A stretch of DNA of 64,000 nt from an uncultured Lachnospiraceae bacterium (GTDB taxonomy: Bacteria; Bacillota; Clostridia; Lachnospirales; Lachnospiraceae). Position 1 is the stretch's first letter; each line of letters begins with the position of its first letter. Location of the stretch: positions 13,452 through 77,451 of the forward strand of contig CADCDW010000003.1 in NCBI GenBank assembly GCA_902800325.1. Direction: 5' to 3'. Below are positions 20,194-30,757 of the stretch, in pieces. A program made the translations under genes and the position numbers. A model generated the notes under the pieces. The model searched no databases and was not told where the DNA came from. It was given only the letters and a program-made list of their open reading frames with translations.

Positions 20194-22225
20194 CTATCGT
20201 TACCACTCCTATTGACTTAAGTTCAATATCGGAATCTATCTCATTGTATGAAATAACAACCAAATCACTGAAATACTCATTTGTCATTTTCTTAAAATAC
20301 ATCCTCACTATAGGTGATGTTATAATGATAGGATTAAGTCCTTTATTTTCAAGTTTTTGTATTTCAACTTCAGTTGCATTAAGTATCTTCTTGGTTACAG
20401 CAGGATCAAGCGAAATATAAGCTCCCTGTTCTGTCTGTTTTATCGATCCCATAATCATTTGCTCAACCTTAGGATCAAGTGTTATAACCTCTGTCATATT
20501 TTCATCACCAAAATATTTATTGGATATAGCACGTTTTAAGCTTTGTCTTACATATTCTGTAAGGATATCCGTATCTCTGCTGGTTGCCGCATAATCTGCC
20601 AGAGTTTCAAATATTGTTACAAGATCTCTTATGGATATGCCCTCTTTTAAGAGATTTTGCAATACCTTTTGTATATCTCCGACTCCAAGCAGCTTTGGTA
20701 CCAATTCATCAATAAGAGTCTTATTAGACTCTTTGATATTGTCGATAAGGTTTTGAACATCCTGTCTGGTAAGCAGCTCATCCAAATGGTGTTTTATAAC
20801 TTCTGTAAGATGTGTTGCTATTATAGATGGAGGATCAACAACTGTATATCCCAGTGATTCCGCGCGTTCCCTCTGGGATTCGGTAATCCACATGGCTTCG
20901 AGATGAAAAGCCGGCTCCAGTGTAGGAATACCAGTTATCTCATCTTCTACATAACCGGGATTCATAGCCATATAATGATCAAACAATATCTCTCCCTCAC
21001 TAACCTGTATACCTTTTATCTTAATTATATACTGATTAGGATTAAGCTGTATATTATCTCTCAAACGAATGATAGGTACAACAGCACCAAGCTCTAAGGC
21101 AATCTGTCTTCTTATCATAACAACTCTGTCTAAAAGGTCTCCACCCTGATTAACATCCGCTAATGGTATTATACCATAACCAAACTCCAATTCAATAGGA
21201 TCAACCTGCAGAAGCGAATTAACATTTTCATGACGTCTGACTTCATCAGCCTGTACTTCCTCTTCCTCAACTTCTTCTTCAATTTCTGCTTTTTTCTCAG
21301 CATTCTTTAATGATGTTGATATGACTATAAACAGTATACCATAAGCTGCACAAAAGAAAAAGTTAAGAGGCGTAAAAAGTCCAAGTCCAAGCATAGTTCC
21401 GCCTACGAACAAAAGTACCTTAGGAATACTGAAAAGCTCACCTATAAGTGTATCACCTATACTTTCTTCTTTAGATGCCTTTGTTACAAGTATACCCGTA
21501 GACAGTGAAATCAACATAGACGGAATCTGTGAAACCAGTCCATCACCGATTGTAAGGATAGTATACTTCTGTAAAGCCTCACCGGCTGATAATCCCTGCA
21601 TGGTTATACCAAGCGCTATACCTCCTACAATATTGATAAGTGTAATTATAAGACCTGCAGTTGCATCTCCTTTTACGTATTTGGTAGCACCATCCATAGC
21701 TCCAAAGAAAGCTGACTCCTGCTGAATCTTTTCACGTCGTTCAATAGCCTGCTGATCTGTTATGGCTCCGGATGAAAGGTCGGCATCTATAGCCATCTGT
21801 TTTCCCGGCATCGCATCAAGAGTAAATCTTGCGGTAACTTCGGAAACTCTTTCAGAACCCTTGTTTATTACCATCATCTGAACTATAATCAATACAATAA
21901 AAATAATTGCACCGATTATAAGATTACCACCACCAACGAAAGAACCAAAAACCTCTACGACCTTACCCGGGTTACCGGTAGAAAGTATGAGTCTTGTTGA
22001 AGATACATTTAATGAAATTCTAAAAATCGTGGTAAACAAAAGCAATGTAGGGAAACCTGACATACCAAGTGTTTCCTTGGCAAACAAGCAGTTAAAAACA
22101 ATAATAAGGGACATTGATATATTGAAAAGAATAAGTATATCAAGCATCCATGATTTCATCGGTATGATAAAAAATATAACGGCAGCAAGTAAATAAAAGC
22201 CTAAAAACGCATCATTTTTTTTCAT
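20183..22225 (-). CDS. flhA: Flagellar export protein FlhA
   Basis: FPTLLLFTTIFRISLNVSSTRLIL, SEVTARFTLDAMPGKQMAIDADL, GAMDGATKYVKGDA. Confidence 0.98.
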   Translation of the reverse strand: MKKNDAFLGFYLLAAVIFFIIPMKSWMLDILILFNISMSLIIVFNCLFAKETLGMSGFPTLLLFTTIFRISLNVSSTRLILSTGNPGKVVEVFGSFVGGGNLIIGAIIFIVLIIVQMMVINKGSERVSEVTARFTLDAMPGKQMAIDADLSSGAITDQQAIERREKIQQESAFFGAMDGATKYVKGDATAGLIITLINIVGGIALGITMQGLSAGEALQKYTILTIGDGLVSQIPSMLISLSTGILVTKASKEESIGDTLIGELFSIPKVLLFVGGTMLGLGLFTPLNFFFCAAYGILFIVISTSLKNAEKKAEIEEEVEEEEVQADEVRRHENVNSLLQVDPIELEFGYGIIPLADVNQGGDLLDRVVMIRRQIALELGAVVPIIRLRDNIQLNPNQYIIKIKGIQVSEGEILFDHYMAMNPGYVEDEITGIPTLEPAFHLEAMWITESQRERAESLGYTVVDPPSIIATHLTEVIKHHLDELLTRQDVQNLIDNIKESNKTLIDELVPKLLGVGDIQKVLQNLLKEGISIRDLVTIFETLADYAATSRDTDILTEYVRQSLKRAISNKYFGDENMTEVITLDPKVEQMIMGSIKQTEQGAYISLDPAVTKKILNATEVEIQKLENKGLNPIIITSPIVRMYFKKMTNEYFSDLVVISYNEIDSDIELKSIGVVTIDDN

Positions 22226-22261
22226 CTGTTATTTACTCCTTTCCGTTATTTTTTAATCACT

Positions 22262-23383
22262 TTAACTAACCATATTTTTCATGCTCTTTTTAACATTAAT
22301 CAGATAAGCAAACACCTCAGCAACAGACTGATATAGTTCCTGAGGAATCTCGTCTCCGACCTCCACATTGGCATATAACATACGTGCCAAAGGTTTATCT
22401 TCATATATTTCCACATCATTTTCTCTTGCAATATCTTTTATCTTATAAGCAAGATAATCTGCACCCTTGGCAACAACCACCGGTGCCCTGCTCATATTAT
22501 TATCATATTTTAAAGCTACCGCAAAATGTGTAGGATTTGTAATTACCACATCTGCTTCAGGTATATTTTGCATCATACGACGCCTTGATGCCTGCTGCAT
22601 TCTCTGTCTTTGCTGTCCCTTTACCTTAGGATCTCCTTCAGAATTCTTAAACTCATCCTTAACTTCCTGTTTGGTCATTTTAATATCCTGCTTGTGCTTC
22701 CACTTTTGGTAAAACAGGTCAGCAACTGCAATAATCAGATATACTGCAGAGATTTTTATACCCAGTTCAAAAATCAGATCAAATAATATCCCCAGATTAT
22801 CTTCAAGATTTGTATCATATGCGTTTATAAAAACGCCCAGATTGTCCTTAATAATGCTGTAGCTCATAAAGCCAAATATCACTACCTTGGCAATAGACAT
22901 AAGTAAATTTATAAGTGCTCTTCCGGAAAACATTCGCTTAAACCCATTTATAGGATTAAGCTTGTTTAGCTTAGGCTGGAGAGGCTTTGTTGTGACCTTC
23001 CATGATATCTGAAGTCTTTGGGCCATAAATCCAATAAATAAAAATATAAGCAAAAAAGGCAGTATGGTTATCAAAACATATAACAGTACATTTGTTATGA
23101 TTTTATGTGCTGTATCAGATGAAAAATCATCTGTGGAATAAACATGCATTTGCTGCCAGAATGTATGAAACACCTCAATTAGCCTTCCGGACAAGAATCC
23201 CATAAGAAACCTTAATGCAACAAATGCCGAAAAAAGTGCGATGGCACTTGATAATTCAGTACTTTTTGCAACCTGTCCTTCCTTACGTGTGTCCTCTATT
23301 TTTTTTGCAGTCGGTTCTTCAGTTTTATCATCATTTGCAAAAAACTGAAGATTATAACGAAGTATAATTTTATATTCCGGCAT
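22262..23383 (-). CDS. flhB: Flagellar export protein FlhB
   Basis: KTEEPT, KMTKQEVKDEFKNSEGDP, NPTH autocleavage motif. Confidence 0.98.
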   Translation of the reverse strand: MPEYKIILRYNLQFFANDDKTEEPTAKKIEDTRKEGQVAKSTELSSAIALFSAFVALRFLMGFLSGRLIEVFHTFWQQMHVYSTDDFSSDTAHKIITNVLLYVLITILPFLLIFLFIGFMAQRLQISWKVTTKPLQPKLNKLNPINGFKRMFSGRALINLLMSIAKVVIFGFMSYSIIKDNLGVFINAYDTNLEDNLGILFDLIFELGIKISAVYLIIAVADLFYQKWKHKQDIKMTKQEVKDEFKNSEGDPKVKGQQRQRMQQASRRRMMQNIPEADVVITNPTHFAVALKYDNNMSRAPVVVAKGADYLAYKIKDIARENDVEIYEDKPLARMLYANVEVGDEIPQELYQSVAEVFAYLINVKKSMKNMVS

Positions 23384-23387
23384 AAAG

Positions 23388-24161
23388 CTATAAGCCTCCT
23401 AAAACCGTCGTTACAACATCATTCATTTTTTCTACAAGATAATTAGCAATACTTGGGATATACATAGTTACAATCGAAAGCATAAGAAGCCCTCCCAAAA
23501 CCTTAAGCTGCATTCCTATAGCAAACATATTCATCTGAGGTGAGCTCTTTGAAATTACCCCAAGTATGACATTAAGTATTATTGTACTTAAGAAAACGGG
23601 CATGGCAATCCTAAATCCTATACTGAAATACTGTCCTATAAAACCCAAAACTTCAGTAAACAGATAGCCATAATTAATATTAATATGTCCCAATGGTACA
23701 ACATCAAACGACTGGGCAAGTGCCCTAAGTATGTAAAAATGTAGATTTGTTATAAGAATAATAAGATATATCATCTTATCATATAATTCTGCCGTAATTG
23801 TAACCATAGTACCAACAGACGGGTCAAAGGTCGTAGCCATGGTAAATCCTATTTCTCTATCTATAAACTCTCCCGCCATGACTATGATTGCCATAACAAA
23901 GCTTGAAACAAAGCCCAATGAAAGACCTATAAAAAGCTCCTTTAACAGCAGTACTGTATAGCCAAACACTGTCGTATATTCCGGAAGCGGCATATTCATA
24001 GATGTAAAAATCATAATTGCTATACATCCAGCAACAAGAACACGCAATCTCGTATTAATGCTTCTGTTGCTAAATAAAGGTGCTGTGGCTATAAATCCAC
24101 CGGTTCTGGCCAACACCAGCAAAAAAGCTTCAAGGGTTAAGGTTGAAATTCTTAAATCCAT
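23388..24161 (-). CDS. fliR: Flagellar export protein FliR
   Basis: LLVLARTGG, PQMNMFAIG; multi-TM; position after fliQ. Confidence 0.95.
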   Translation of the reverse strand: MDLRISTLTLEAFLLVLARTGGFIATAPLFSNRSINTRLRVLVAGCIAIMIFTSMNMPLPEYTTVFGYTVLLLKELFIGLSLGFVSSFVMAIIVMAGEFIDREIGFTMATTFDPSVGTMVTITAELYDKMIYLIILITNLHFYILRALAQSFDVVPLGHININYGYLFTEVLGFIGQYFSIGFRIAMPVFLSTIILNVILGVISKSSPQMNMFAIGMQLKVLGGLLMLSIVTMYIPSIANYLVEKMNDVVTTVLGGL

Positions 24162-24167
24162 ACCGCA

Positions 24168-24437
24168 CTACCCCACAAAATCTCCAAATCTACTATAAAT
24201 ATCCTGAATAAAAGCAACTATGTTATTTAAAATCCAGTTGCCTGTTAAAATCAAAACAAGAAAAACAGTTAAAATCTTAGGAACAAATGTAAGTGTCTGT
24301 TCCTGAATAGAGGTTACAGTCTGAAAAATACTGACAATCAAACCGACTATAAGCGACGCAAGAAGCATCGGAGCTGAACATTTTATTATAAGCCATATAG
24401 CCTGACTTGTTATATCTATTACGTCACCAACTGACAT
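24168..24437 (-). CDS. fliQ: Flagellar export protein FliQ
   Basis: GLIVSIFQTVTSIQEQTLTFVPK. Confidence 0.97.
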   Translation of the reverse strand: MSVGDVIDITSQAIWLIIKCSAPMLLASLIVGLIVSIFQTVTSIQEQTLTFVPKILTVFLVLILTGNWILNNIVAFIQDIYSRFGDFVG

Positions 24438-24482
24438 ATCAAATCACCTCTAATCCTCAAAAACTAAACAAAATATATTTCA

Positions 24483-25313
24483 TCAATGGAATGATTGAAC
24501 AAGCTGTCCAATGATAAGATTCCATCCGTCAGCCATAACAAAAAGTAAAATCTTAAAAGGCATTGAAATCGTAGTCGGAGGAAGCATCATCATACCCATG
24601 GACATAAGCACTGATGAAACAACCATATCAATTATAATAAAAGGAATATATATTAAAAAGCCTATTATAAATGCGGCTCTAAGTTCACTGATAATAAATG
24701 CCGGTATAACAACCGTAGTCGGTATCTCGCTTACATCATCAACCGTATCTATTCTGGCAATATCCATAAATAGTCTTAAATCTTCCTGTCGTACCTGCCT
24801 TAACATAAATTCACGAAGCGGTGTAATTGCATTGTTTATCGCTTCTTCCTGAGTAATCTCCTGAGCCGATAAAGGTTCTATCGCTTCTTCATTTATCCTT
24901 ACAAATATAGGACTCATGATAAAAAGTGTTAAAAACAACGAAAGCCCAATCAATATATTATTAGGCGGAGACGACTGCGTTCCAACTGCAGTTCTTACAA
25001 AATGCAAAACTACAATAATTCTCGTGAACGACGTCAGCATAACTAATATTGATGGAGCTAATGAAATTACCGTAATTACCAGGAACATCCTAAGAGTTCC
25101 CGCAAGTCTTGTTTCATCTGAATTCGAATCAAGAGTAAGGCCAACAGAAAAGCCGTCATTTTCATCATCGGTAACGGCATTTTCCACACCCTCTTCAGGA
25201 TCTGTATCAGGTGTAACTCCGGTAGCATATGAACTTGTTCCTGAAATAAAGACAGCTAAAGCAATCGGTATTAATATCAATATAATTAACTTACGAAGCT
25301 TACTAAATCTCAT
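24483..25313 (-). CDS. fliP: Flagellar export protein FliP
   Basis: LTSFTRIIVV, SPPNNILIGLSLFLT, PAFIISEL, MGMMMLPP, DGWNL. Confidence 0.97.
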   Translation of the reverse strand: MRFSKLRKLIILILIPIALAVFISGTSSYATGVTPDTDPEEGVENAVTDDENDGFSVGLTLDSNSDETRLAGTLRMFLVITVISLAPSILVMLTSFTRIIVVLHFVRTAVGTQSSPPNNILIGLSLFLTLFIMSPIFVRINEEAIEPLSAQEITQEEAINNAITPLREFMLRQVRQEDLRLFMDIARIDTVDDVSEIPTTVVIPAFIISELRAAFIIGFLIYIPFIIIDMVVSSVLMSMGMMMLPPTTISMPFKILLFVMADGWNLIIGQLVQSFH

Positions 25314-25321
25314 TTTTCTAC

Positions 25322-25735
25322 CTACTTTGTGTCCTCATCATCTTTTGACTTTTTATTTTTAAATTTCAACAGAACATCTTTAAAGTCAATTTTTCCTGAC
25401 GTTCCGTCCGGAGCATCAACTGCCCCATTAATATTTAATCTAAGTCCTTCTTCATCAAGTTTATCAATAAAGGTCACTTCATCCTTACCCAAAGCAATCG
25501 CATAATAATCACGACCGATTTTAACAATCGCTATAAACTTATTATTACCAAGTCTGAATGACTCTATTATTTTAATATTGGACTTATTGTTTAAATTGTT
25601 GGCCTGCACTTTGGCTACAAATTTGGTTGAAAAATAAGCCATAGCCAAAACCAACGCAAATATAAGCAACAGCGACAGAATGTTGACAAAAGAACGCCAG
25701 CCTCCATAGCTATTACCCAACAAAAAAATTCTCAT
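25322..25735 (-). CDS. fliO: Flagellar biogenesis protein FliO/FliZ
   Basis: One TM helix then IKIIESFRLGNNKFIAIVKIG; position between cheY and fliP. Confidence 0.88.
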   Translation of the reverse strand: MRIFLLGNSYGGWRSFVNILSLLLIFALVLAMAYFSTKFVAKVQANNLNNKSNIKIIESFRLGNNKFIAIVKIGRDYYAIALGKDEVTFIDKLDEEGLRLNINGAVDAPDGTSGKIDFKDVLLKFKNKKSKDDEDTK

Positions 25736-25736
25736 A

Positions 25737-26099
25737 TTATTCTACTGCCTTTTTAACTGCCTCAATAACACGATCCGGCTGGAACGGCTTTACAATAAAA
25801 TCCCTTGCTCCTGACTGAATCGACTCAATAACCATAGCCTGCTGACCCATAGCCGAGCACATTACTACACTTGCATTAGGATCCTTTTCCTTAATCTTCT
25901 TAAGTGCCTGAATACCATCCATCTCAGGCATGGTAATATCCATAAGCACAAGATCAGGTTTGGTTTCTTCGTACTTTTCAACAGCCTTAGCGCCATTTTC
26001 AGCTTCTCCGGCGATATTATAACCGTTCTTGGTTAAAATATCCTTAATCATCATTCTCATAAATGCTGCATCATCACAGATAAGTATACTCTTTGCCAT
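25737..26099 (-). CDS. cheY: Chemotaxis response regulator CheY
   Basis: CDDAAFMRMMIKDIL, DITMPEMDG, SAMGQQAMV, KPFQ. Confidence 0.97.
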   Translation of the reverse strand: MAKSILICDDAAFMRMMIKDILTKNGYNIAGEAENGAKAVEKYEETKPDLVLMDITMPEMDGIQALKKIKEKDPNASVVMCSAMGQQAMVIESIQSGARDFIVKPFQPDRVIEAVKKAVE

Positions 26100-26114
26100 A
26101 AAATTATACTCCTT

Positions 26115-27278
26115 TTACATTTTTTCCCTTATTATATCGGTAATTCTTATACCAAAGCTTTCTTCTATAACTACAACCTCGCCTTTTGCAACCAGTTTTT
26201 GATTTACTATAACATCAATCGGTTCGCCGGCAAGCCTGTTAAGTTCTATTATTGTTCCGGGTGCAAACTCAAGAATTTCTTTAATTGACTTCTTAGTTCG
26301 ACCAAGTACAACTGATACATCAAGCGGAACATCCATAATCAAATCTATATTTTCCTGCTGAAGCACAGGATTAGGCATAGGATTAAATGCTTTAAACTGC
26401 ACATTTTGAACATTTACATCCTGCCCCATCATCGGCTGGCTCATCATCTGTTGCCCCATCATCGGTTGTCCCATCATCGGCTGTGGTACAGGCTGTGGTG
26501 TCGGTTGTGGTACAGGCTGTGGTGCCGGTTGTGGTGCCGGTTGAGGCTGTGGTGCCGGTTGAGGCTGTGGTGCCGGTTGAGGCGCCGGTGTTTCCTCTTC
26601 TCCACTTGAAAACTTTTTATATAAATCCTTAGCAAGATTTATAGGATAAAGTTGCATTATAGTACTATCAACCAAATCACCTATAGTCATCCTGAAAGTT
26701 ACATTTACAAATTCGCCATTTATGAAATTTGATATCTTAGCCGGATCAATATTACCGGCCATATCTATAAGTTCTGCCTCAGGCGGGCTGATATCCACCT
26801 TACAATTAAGCATTGATGAAAGTGAAGTGGCAGAAGAACCCATCATCTGATTCATTGCTTCACAAATTGCACTAATATGCAAATCCGTTAGTTCAGGAGA
26901 AGGATTAAGTCCATCGCCACCCATCATCAAGTCTGTGATTACTTTAACATCTTCTTCCTTAAGAATCAATACATTATTTCCATCAATACCCTCTTTATAA
27001 TTTATATTGATAAAAACACAAGGTCTTGCATATTCTTTTGTCATACTGTCCCATGTTGTTACTTCAACAACCGGGGTGGTTATTACAACCTTTTGATTAA
27101 CCAAGGAATAAAGGGTAGTTGCCGCTGTACCCATACATATGTTGGATATCTCACCTATTGCATCCTTTTCATCTGAACTGAGATCTCCGCCTCCGCCAGA
27201 CGATGCACTATCCGAAGAACCCGCACCCATGTCTCCAAGTAATGCGTTTATCTCTTCCTGTGATAACATGCCATCCAT
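26115..27278 (-). CDS. fliY: Flagellar switch phosphatase FliY (CheC-like plus FliN domain)
   Basis: DAIGEISNICMG and SAICEAMNQMMG CheC motifs, Pro/Gln linker, C-terminal NIDLIMDVPLDVSVVLG...GEVVV FliN domain. Confidence 0.95.
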   Translation of the reverse strand: MDGMLSQEEINALLGDMGAGSSDSASSGGGGDLSSDEKDAIGEISNICMGTAATTLYSLVNQKVVITTPVVEVTTWDSMTKEYARPCVFININYKEGIDGNNVLILKEEDVKVITDLMMGGDGLNPSPELTDLHISAICEAMNQMMGSSATSLSSMLNCKVDISPPEAELIDMAGNIDPAKISNFINGEFVNVTFRMTIGDLVDSTIMQLYPINLAKDLYKKFSSGEEETPAPQPAPQPQPAPQPQPAPQPAPQPVPQPTPQPVPQPMMGQPMMGQQMMSQPMMGQDVNVQNVQFKAFNPMPNPVLQQENIDLIMDVPLDVSVVLGRTKKSIKEILEFAPGTIIELNRLAGEPIDVIVNQKLVAKGEVVVIEESFGIRITDIIREKM

Positions 27279-27284
27279 ACCTGC

Positions 27285-28265
27285 TTATTCCTCCTCTCTA
27301 TAAATCTCAGTAACCTTTACAGCGTAATTGTCACTGGCAGAACCCGGCAATGCCTTAAACTTAACTATATTCCCAACATATATATCAAGTTCATCATCGA
27401 CATTGGTATTAAGTTTTATTACATCACCAATCTGGAGATTTACAAAATCCCAAACAGTTATGGAGCTCCTACCGAGTTCAGCAGAAATAGGAATCTGCGC
27501 TTTATTAATTGCTGTTTCAATTACATCGGCATAGCTTTGTTCATCTCTATCCTGCATTGTAGAAAACCAATATTTGGTATTAAGTTTATCCATAACATCT
27601 TCCAATGTAAGGAAAGGAAGACAAACATTCATAAGTCCCTCAACGCCGCCAATATTTATATTGATAGTAACTATAGCTATCATCTCTGCCGGCGAAATAA
27701 TCTGGGCAAATTGTGAATTTGTTTCTATCCTTTCGAGATAAGGATCTATCTCTACTACATTGCCCCATGGTTCTCTCAACAATTCTATAATAACATTAAA
27801 AATCTTTTCCAAGATAGATAATTCAATTTCAGAAAAATCCCTTACTTTTTCCAGCGGTTCACCAACACCGCCAAGCAATCTGTCGATTATCGTATATCCT
27901 ATATTGGTTGCAAGTTCTAAAATAATGTTACCTGACAATGGAGACATATTTACTATTGCAAGTAAAACAGGATTAGATAAAGCATTTGAAAACTCAGAAT
28001 ACGTTACCGCCTCCGAGTTCATAACCTCGACCTGAACATTTTTTCGTAAGTATGCAGGAAGGTTACTTGATAAAAGTCTTCCAAAATGTTCAAATATTAT
28101 CTCAAGTGTTCTTAGATGTTCTTTTGAAAATTTTGCAGGTCTTGAGAAATCATACTCTTTAACCTTAGCAGTCTGATTATCCTCTATAGTATCAACATCC
28201 AGCTCACCCGAGCTCAATTGTTTAAGCAAGGCATCTATTTCATTTTGTGATAATACGTCTGCCAC
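27285..28265 (-). CDS. fliM: Flagellar motor switch protein FliM
   Basis: VLSQNEIDALL, YDFSRPAKFSKEHLRTL; GTG start. Confidence 0.97.
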   Translation of the reverse strand: MADVLSQNEIDALLKQLSSGELDVDTIEDNQTAKVKEYDFSRPAKFSKEHLRTLEIIFEHFGRLLSSNLPAYLRKNVQVEVMNSEAVTYSEFSNALSNPVLLAIVNMSPLSGNIILELATNIGYTIIDRLLGGVGEPLEKVRDFSEIELSILEKIFNVIIELLREPWGNVVEIDPYLERIETNSQFAQIISPAEMIAIVTININIGGVEGLMNVCLPFLTLEDVMDKLNTKYWFSTMQDRDEQSYADVIETAINKAQIPISAELGRSSITVWDFVNLQIGDVIKLNTNVDDELDIYVGNIVKFKALPGSASDNYAVKVTEIYREEE

Positions 28266-28288
28266 GCAATTCGCCTCCTAAGGAAAGT

Positions 28289-28807
28289 TTACTGTGCAAC
28301 CCAATTGTAGAAGCTTACCGAATAAATACATTCTGTATTAAAGGTTTCCTTAAGATTTCTCAAAATTTCTTCCTTTATCTGCCTTTGAACTTCTACATCT
28401 ATAACCTGCGCATAAGTATAATTACCAATTACATCACGAGTCATATCATATATAAGCGATGTCGAAGCTTCCAGATTAGACTGAACCTTGCTATAATCCT
28501 TAGCTGTTTTGTCCAAATTTATTGTAAGTCCATATTGAAGTGCATGCACCTTATCAGAACCATCCGAAGCAAGATTTATAGGATTGCCCTGCTCAAGTTG
28601 GAAAGGAGCAAGGTCAGCAACATCAAAACCTGAAGAATCCCCATTTGACTGTGATGCAATCTCTAAATCAAGAATCTCCGCTATATCACTTATAAGCTTA
28701 TTTGTTTTTGTTGTAGACGGCATGAACACAAATACAAGTAATATATTAAATACAAGATTTATTATACAAATTGCAAGTATTATAACAGTAATAAGATTCT
28801 TTCTCAT
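28289..28807 (-). CDS. fliL: Flagellar basal body-associated protein FliL
   Basis: N-terminal TM helix, C-terminal IKEEILRNL...VSFYNWVAQ; position before fliM. Confidence 0.85.
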   Translation of the reverse strand: MRKNLITVIILAICIINLVFNILLVFVFMPSTTKTNKLISDIAEILDLEIASQSNGDSSGFDVADLAPFQLEQGNPINLASDGSDKVHALQYGLTINLDKTAKDYSKVQSNLEASTSLIYDMTRDVIGNYTYAQVIDVEVQRQIKEEILRNLKETFNTECIYSVSFYNWVAQ

Positions 28808-28833
28808 TTCAATTCTCCTCGTAGAATGATTTA

Positions 28834-29679
28834 TTAATTTGCAGAATTCTGTTGATTATATATCTTTATTACAACTCTTCTGTTTTTTGCTCTTCCTTCT
28901 TCTGTTGCATTTGAAGCGACCGGTTTACTTTCGCCGTATCCGGCAATCTTCATATTGGCATCAATGAAGTTCTCCTGCGACATGAGATACTCATAAACAT
29001 TTCTGGCTCTTTCGGTTGAAAGTGCCCTGTTATTCTCATACCTTGCAGTTGATATAGGGACATTGTCCGTATGTCCTTCTATTTCTATAATGCAATATTT
29101 ATATTTAACCAAAATGCTTGCAATTTTTTGCAAAAACATTTTTGAATCTTCCCTAACCTCAGCTTTACCCGAGTCAAAGAGTATGGAGCCATTTAAATTA
29201 AGTTCTACATATTGAGCATTATAATCAAGTATAATCTGATCATCTATACTATAAGATTCTGTCATCTGAACAATCTCTTCATACATCTCCTCAGATTGTT
29301 CCTCTCCCCGCTTATCATACTCATTTTTAAGTTCTTCATCCGAAAGCTTATCAGCATCTGAGGATGTAGCCTGATTGTCTTCGCCGGTATCGCCATCTAT
29401 AGCTCGCCCTGCCTGAGTCAAAATACTTTCTATATTGGGCACCTGAGTAACTCCACCTGACATCATATCACCCGATAAAAGAGATATATTGCCTTCGTTC
29501 ATAATAGAAAAATTCATATTATTAAACGATGCCATAATCTTTTGTATTTTTCCTTCATCCATAGTTGAGCTGGCAAAAAGCAAAACAAAGAAACAAAGCA
29601 AAAGATTCATAAGATCACTAAATGTCGCCATCCACGCTGGTGAGCCCTCTTCTGCAGGCTGCTCTTTTTTCTTAGCCAC
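28834..29679 (-). CDS. motB: Stator protein MotB
   Basis: WMATFSDLMNLLLCFFVLLFA TM with the conserved Asp; OmpA-like EGHTD...LSTERA...AGYGESKP...NRRV. Confidence 0.96.
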   Translation of the reverse strand: MAKKKEQPAEEGSPAWMATFSDLMNLLLCFFVLLFASSTMDEGKIQKIMASFNNMNFSIMNEGNISLLSGDMMSGGVTQVPNIESILTQAGRAIDGDTGEDNQATSSDADKLSDEELKNEYDKRGEEQSEEMYEEIVQMTESYSIDDQIILDYNAQYVELNLNGSILFDSGKAEVREDSKMFLQKIASILVKYKYCIIEIEGHTDNVPISTARYENNRALSTERARNVYEYLMSQENFIDANMKIAGYGESKPVASNATEEGRAKNRRVVIKIYNQQNSAN

Positions 29680-30461
29680 TACTGACCACCGCCTTCTTCA
29701 CCCAGCCCGGCTCTGTCCTTAGGAGCAAGGAACGCCTTAAGCTTTTCTTCAATAACTCTTGGATTTTCTCCTGCCTGTATCGAAAGAATACCTTCTATCA
29801 TAACCTCTTTAAGCTTTATCTCTGTATCATTAAGCTTGGCAAGTTTACTCGAAGCAGGAGCACAGACCCAGTTTGCAAGTACAGAACCATACAATGTTGT
29901 GATAAGCGCAACAGCCATGTTAGGTCCAATTGAATCAGGATCCGACAAGTCTTTAAGCATAAGTATAAGACCTATAAGTGTACCAATCATACCCCATGCA
30001 GGTCCCATAGAAGCAACATCTTTCCAAAAGCCTATATTACTTTGATGTCTTGTATCAACATTGATAAGTTCTGCTTCAAGTATGCTTCTTACAAGTTCAG
30101 GATCAGTACCGTCGACAATAAGCATTACACCCTTTTTCATAAATTCATCATCAAGGGAATTTGCAGACTCTTCAAGTGCAAGAAGACCTTCTCTTCTGGC
30201 CAGATTGGAAAGATCTATTATGGACTTTATTGTATCAATCTCGTTGGACTTAGGCGTCTTGAAGATTAAAAGATAAGACTTTAATCCTGCAAGGAATCCC
30301 TTTAAGGTATTCATAGCAAGAATTGTACCAAAAGCACCACCAAAGGTTATAAATACCGAAGGCATATCTATGAATGTGTCCATAAGTGCACCAACGCCAC
30401 CCATACCGTTGATCATAAGGAAAAGCGCTGCACCTATACCGATAATTGATGCTATATCCAA
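29679..30461 (-). CDS. motA: Stator protein MotA
   Basis: ARREGLLALE, PAWGMIGTLIGLI, MAVALITTLYG. Confidence 0.96.
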   Translation of the reverse strand: MDIASIIGIGAALFLMINGMGGVGALMDTFIDMPSVFITFGGAFGTILAMNTLKGFLAGLKSYLLIFKTPKSNEIDTIKSIIDLSNLARREGLLALEESANSLDDEFMKKGVMLIVDGTDPELVRSILEAELINVDTRHQSNIGFWKDVASMGPAWGMIGTLIGLILMLKDLSDPDSIGPNMAVALITTLYGSVLANWVCAPASSKLAKLNDTEIKLKEVMIEGILSIQAGENPRVIEEKLKAFLAPKDRAGLGEEGGGQ

Positions 30462-30491
30462 CTTAAGTCACCTCAAAACATCACACTCTTT

Positions 30492-30680
30492 TTATAAAGG
30501 AGTATGAATCTTTCTCTTATAATTTATAACTAAATCCGTTATTTCTTTACATGTCTCACTGACAATAAACTTTTTTCCGCTTGTAAGTGTAATAACAGTG
30601 TCAGGAGTTTCTTCAACCGTTTCAATAAGCTCTGCATTGATTATGATCTTTGCACCTTTAAGTCTTGTTACCTCTATCAT
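30492..30680 (-). CDS. flbD: Flagellar protein FlbD/SwrD family
   Basis: MIEVTRL...INAELIETVEETPDTVITLTSGKKFIV. Confidence 0.93.
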   Translation of the reverse strand: MIEVTRLKGAKIIINAELIETVEETPDTVITLTSGKKFIVSETCKEITDLVINYKRKIHTPL

Positions 30681-30728
30681 AAGCCATACTCTCCTAACAT
30701 TTCGATTATGACACTATACAACGCTTGT

Positions 30729-30757
30729 ATTATACCACAATAAACATTTTATGTCTA
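30729..30757 (-). promoter_or_regulatory. Internal sigma-A type promoter upstream of flbD-motAB
   Basis: TAGACA-17 bp-TATAAT with extended -10 TG on the minus strand. Confidence 0.7.
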
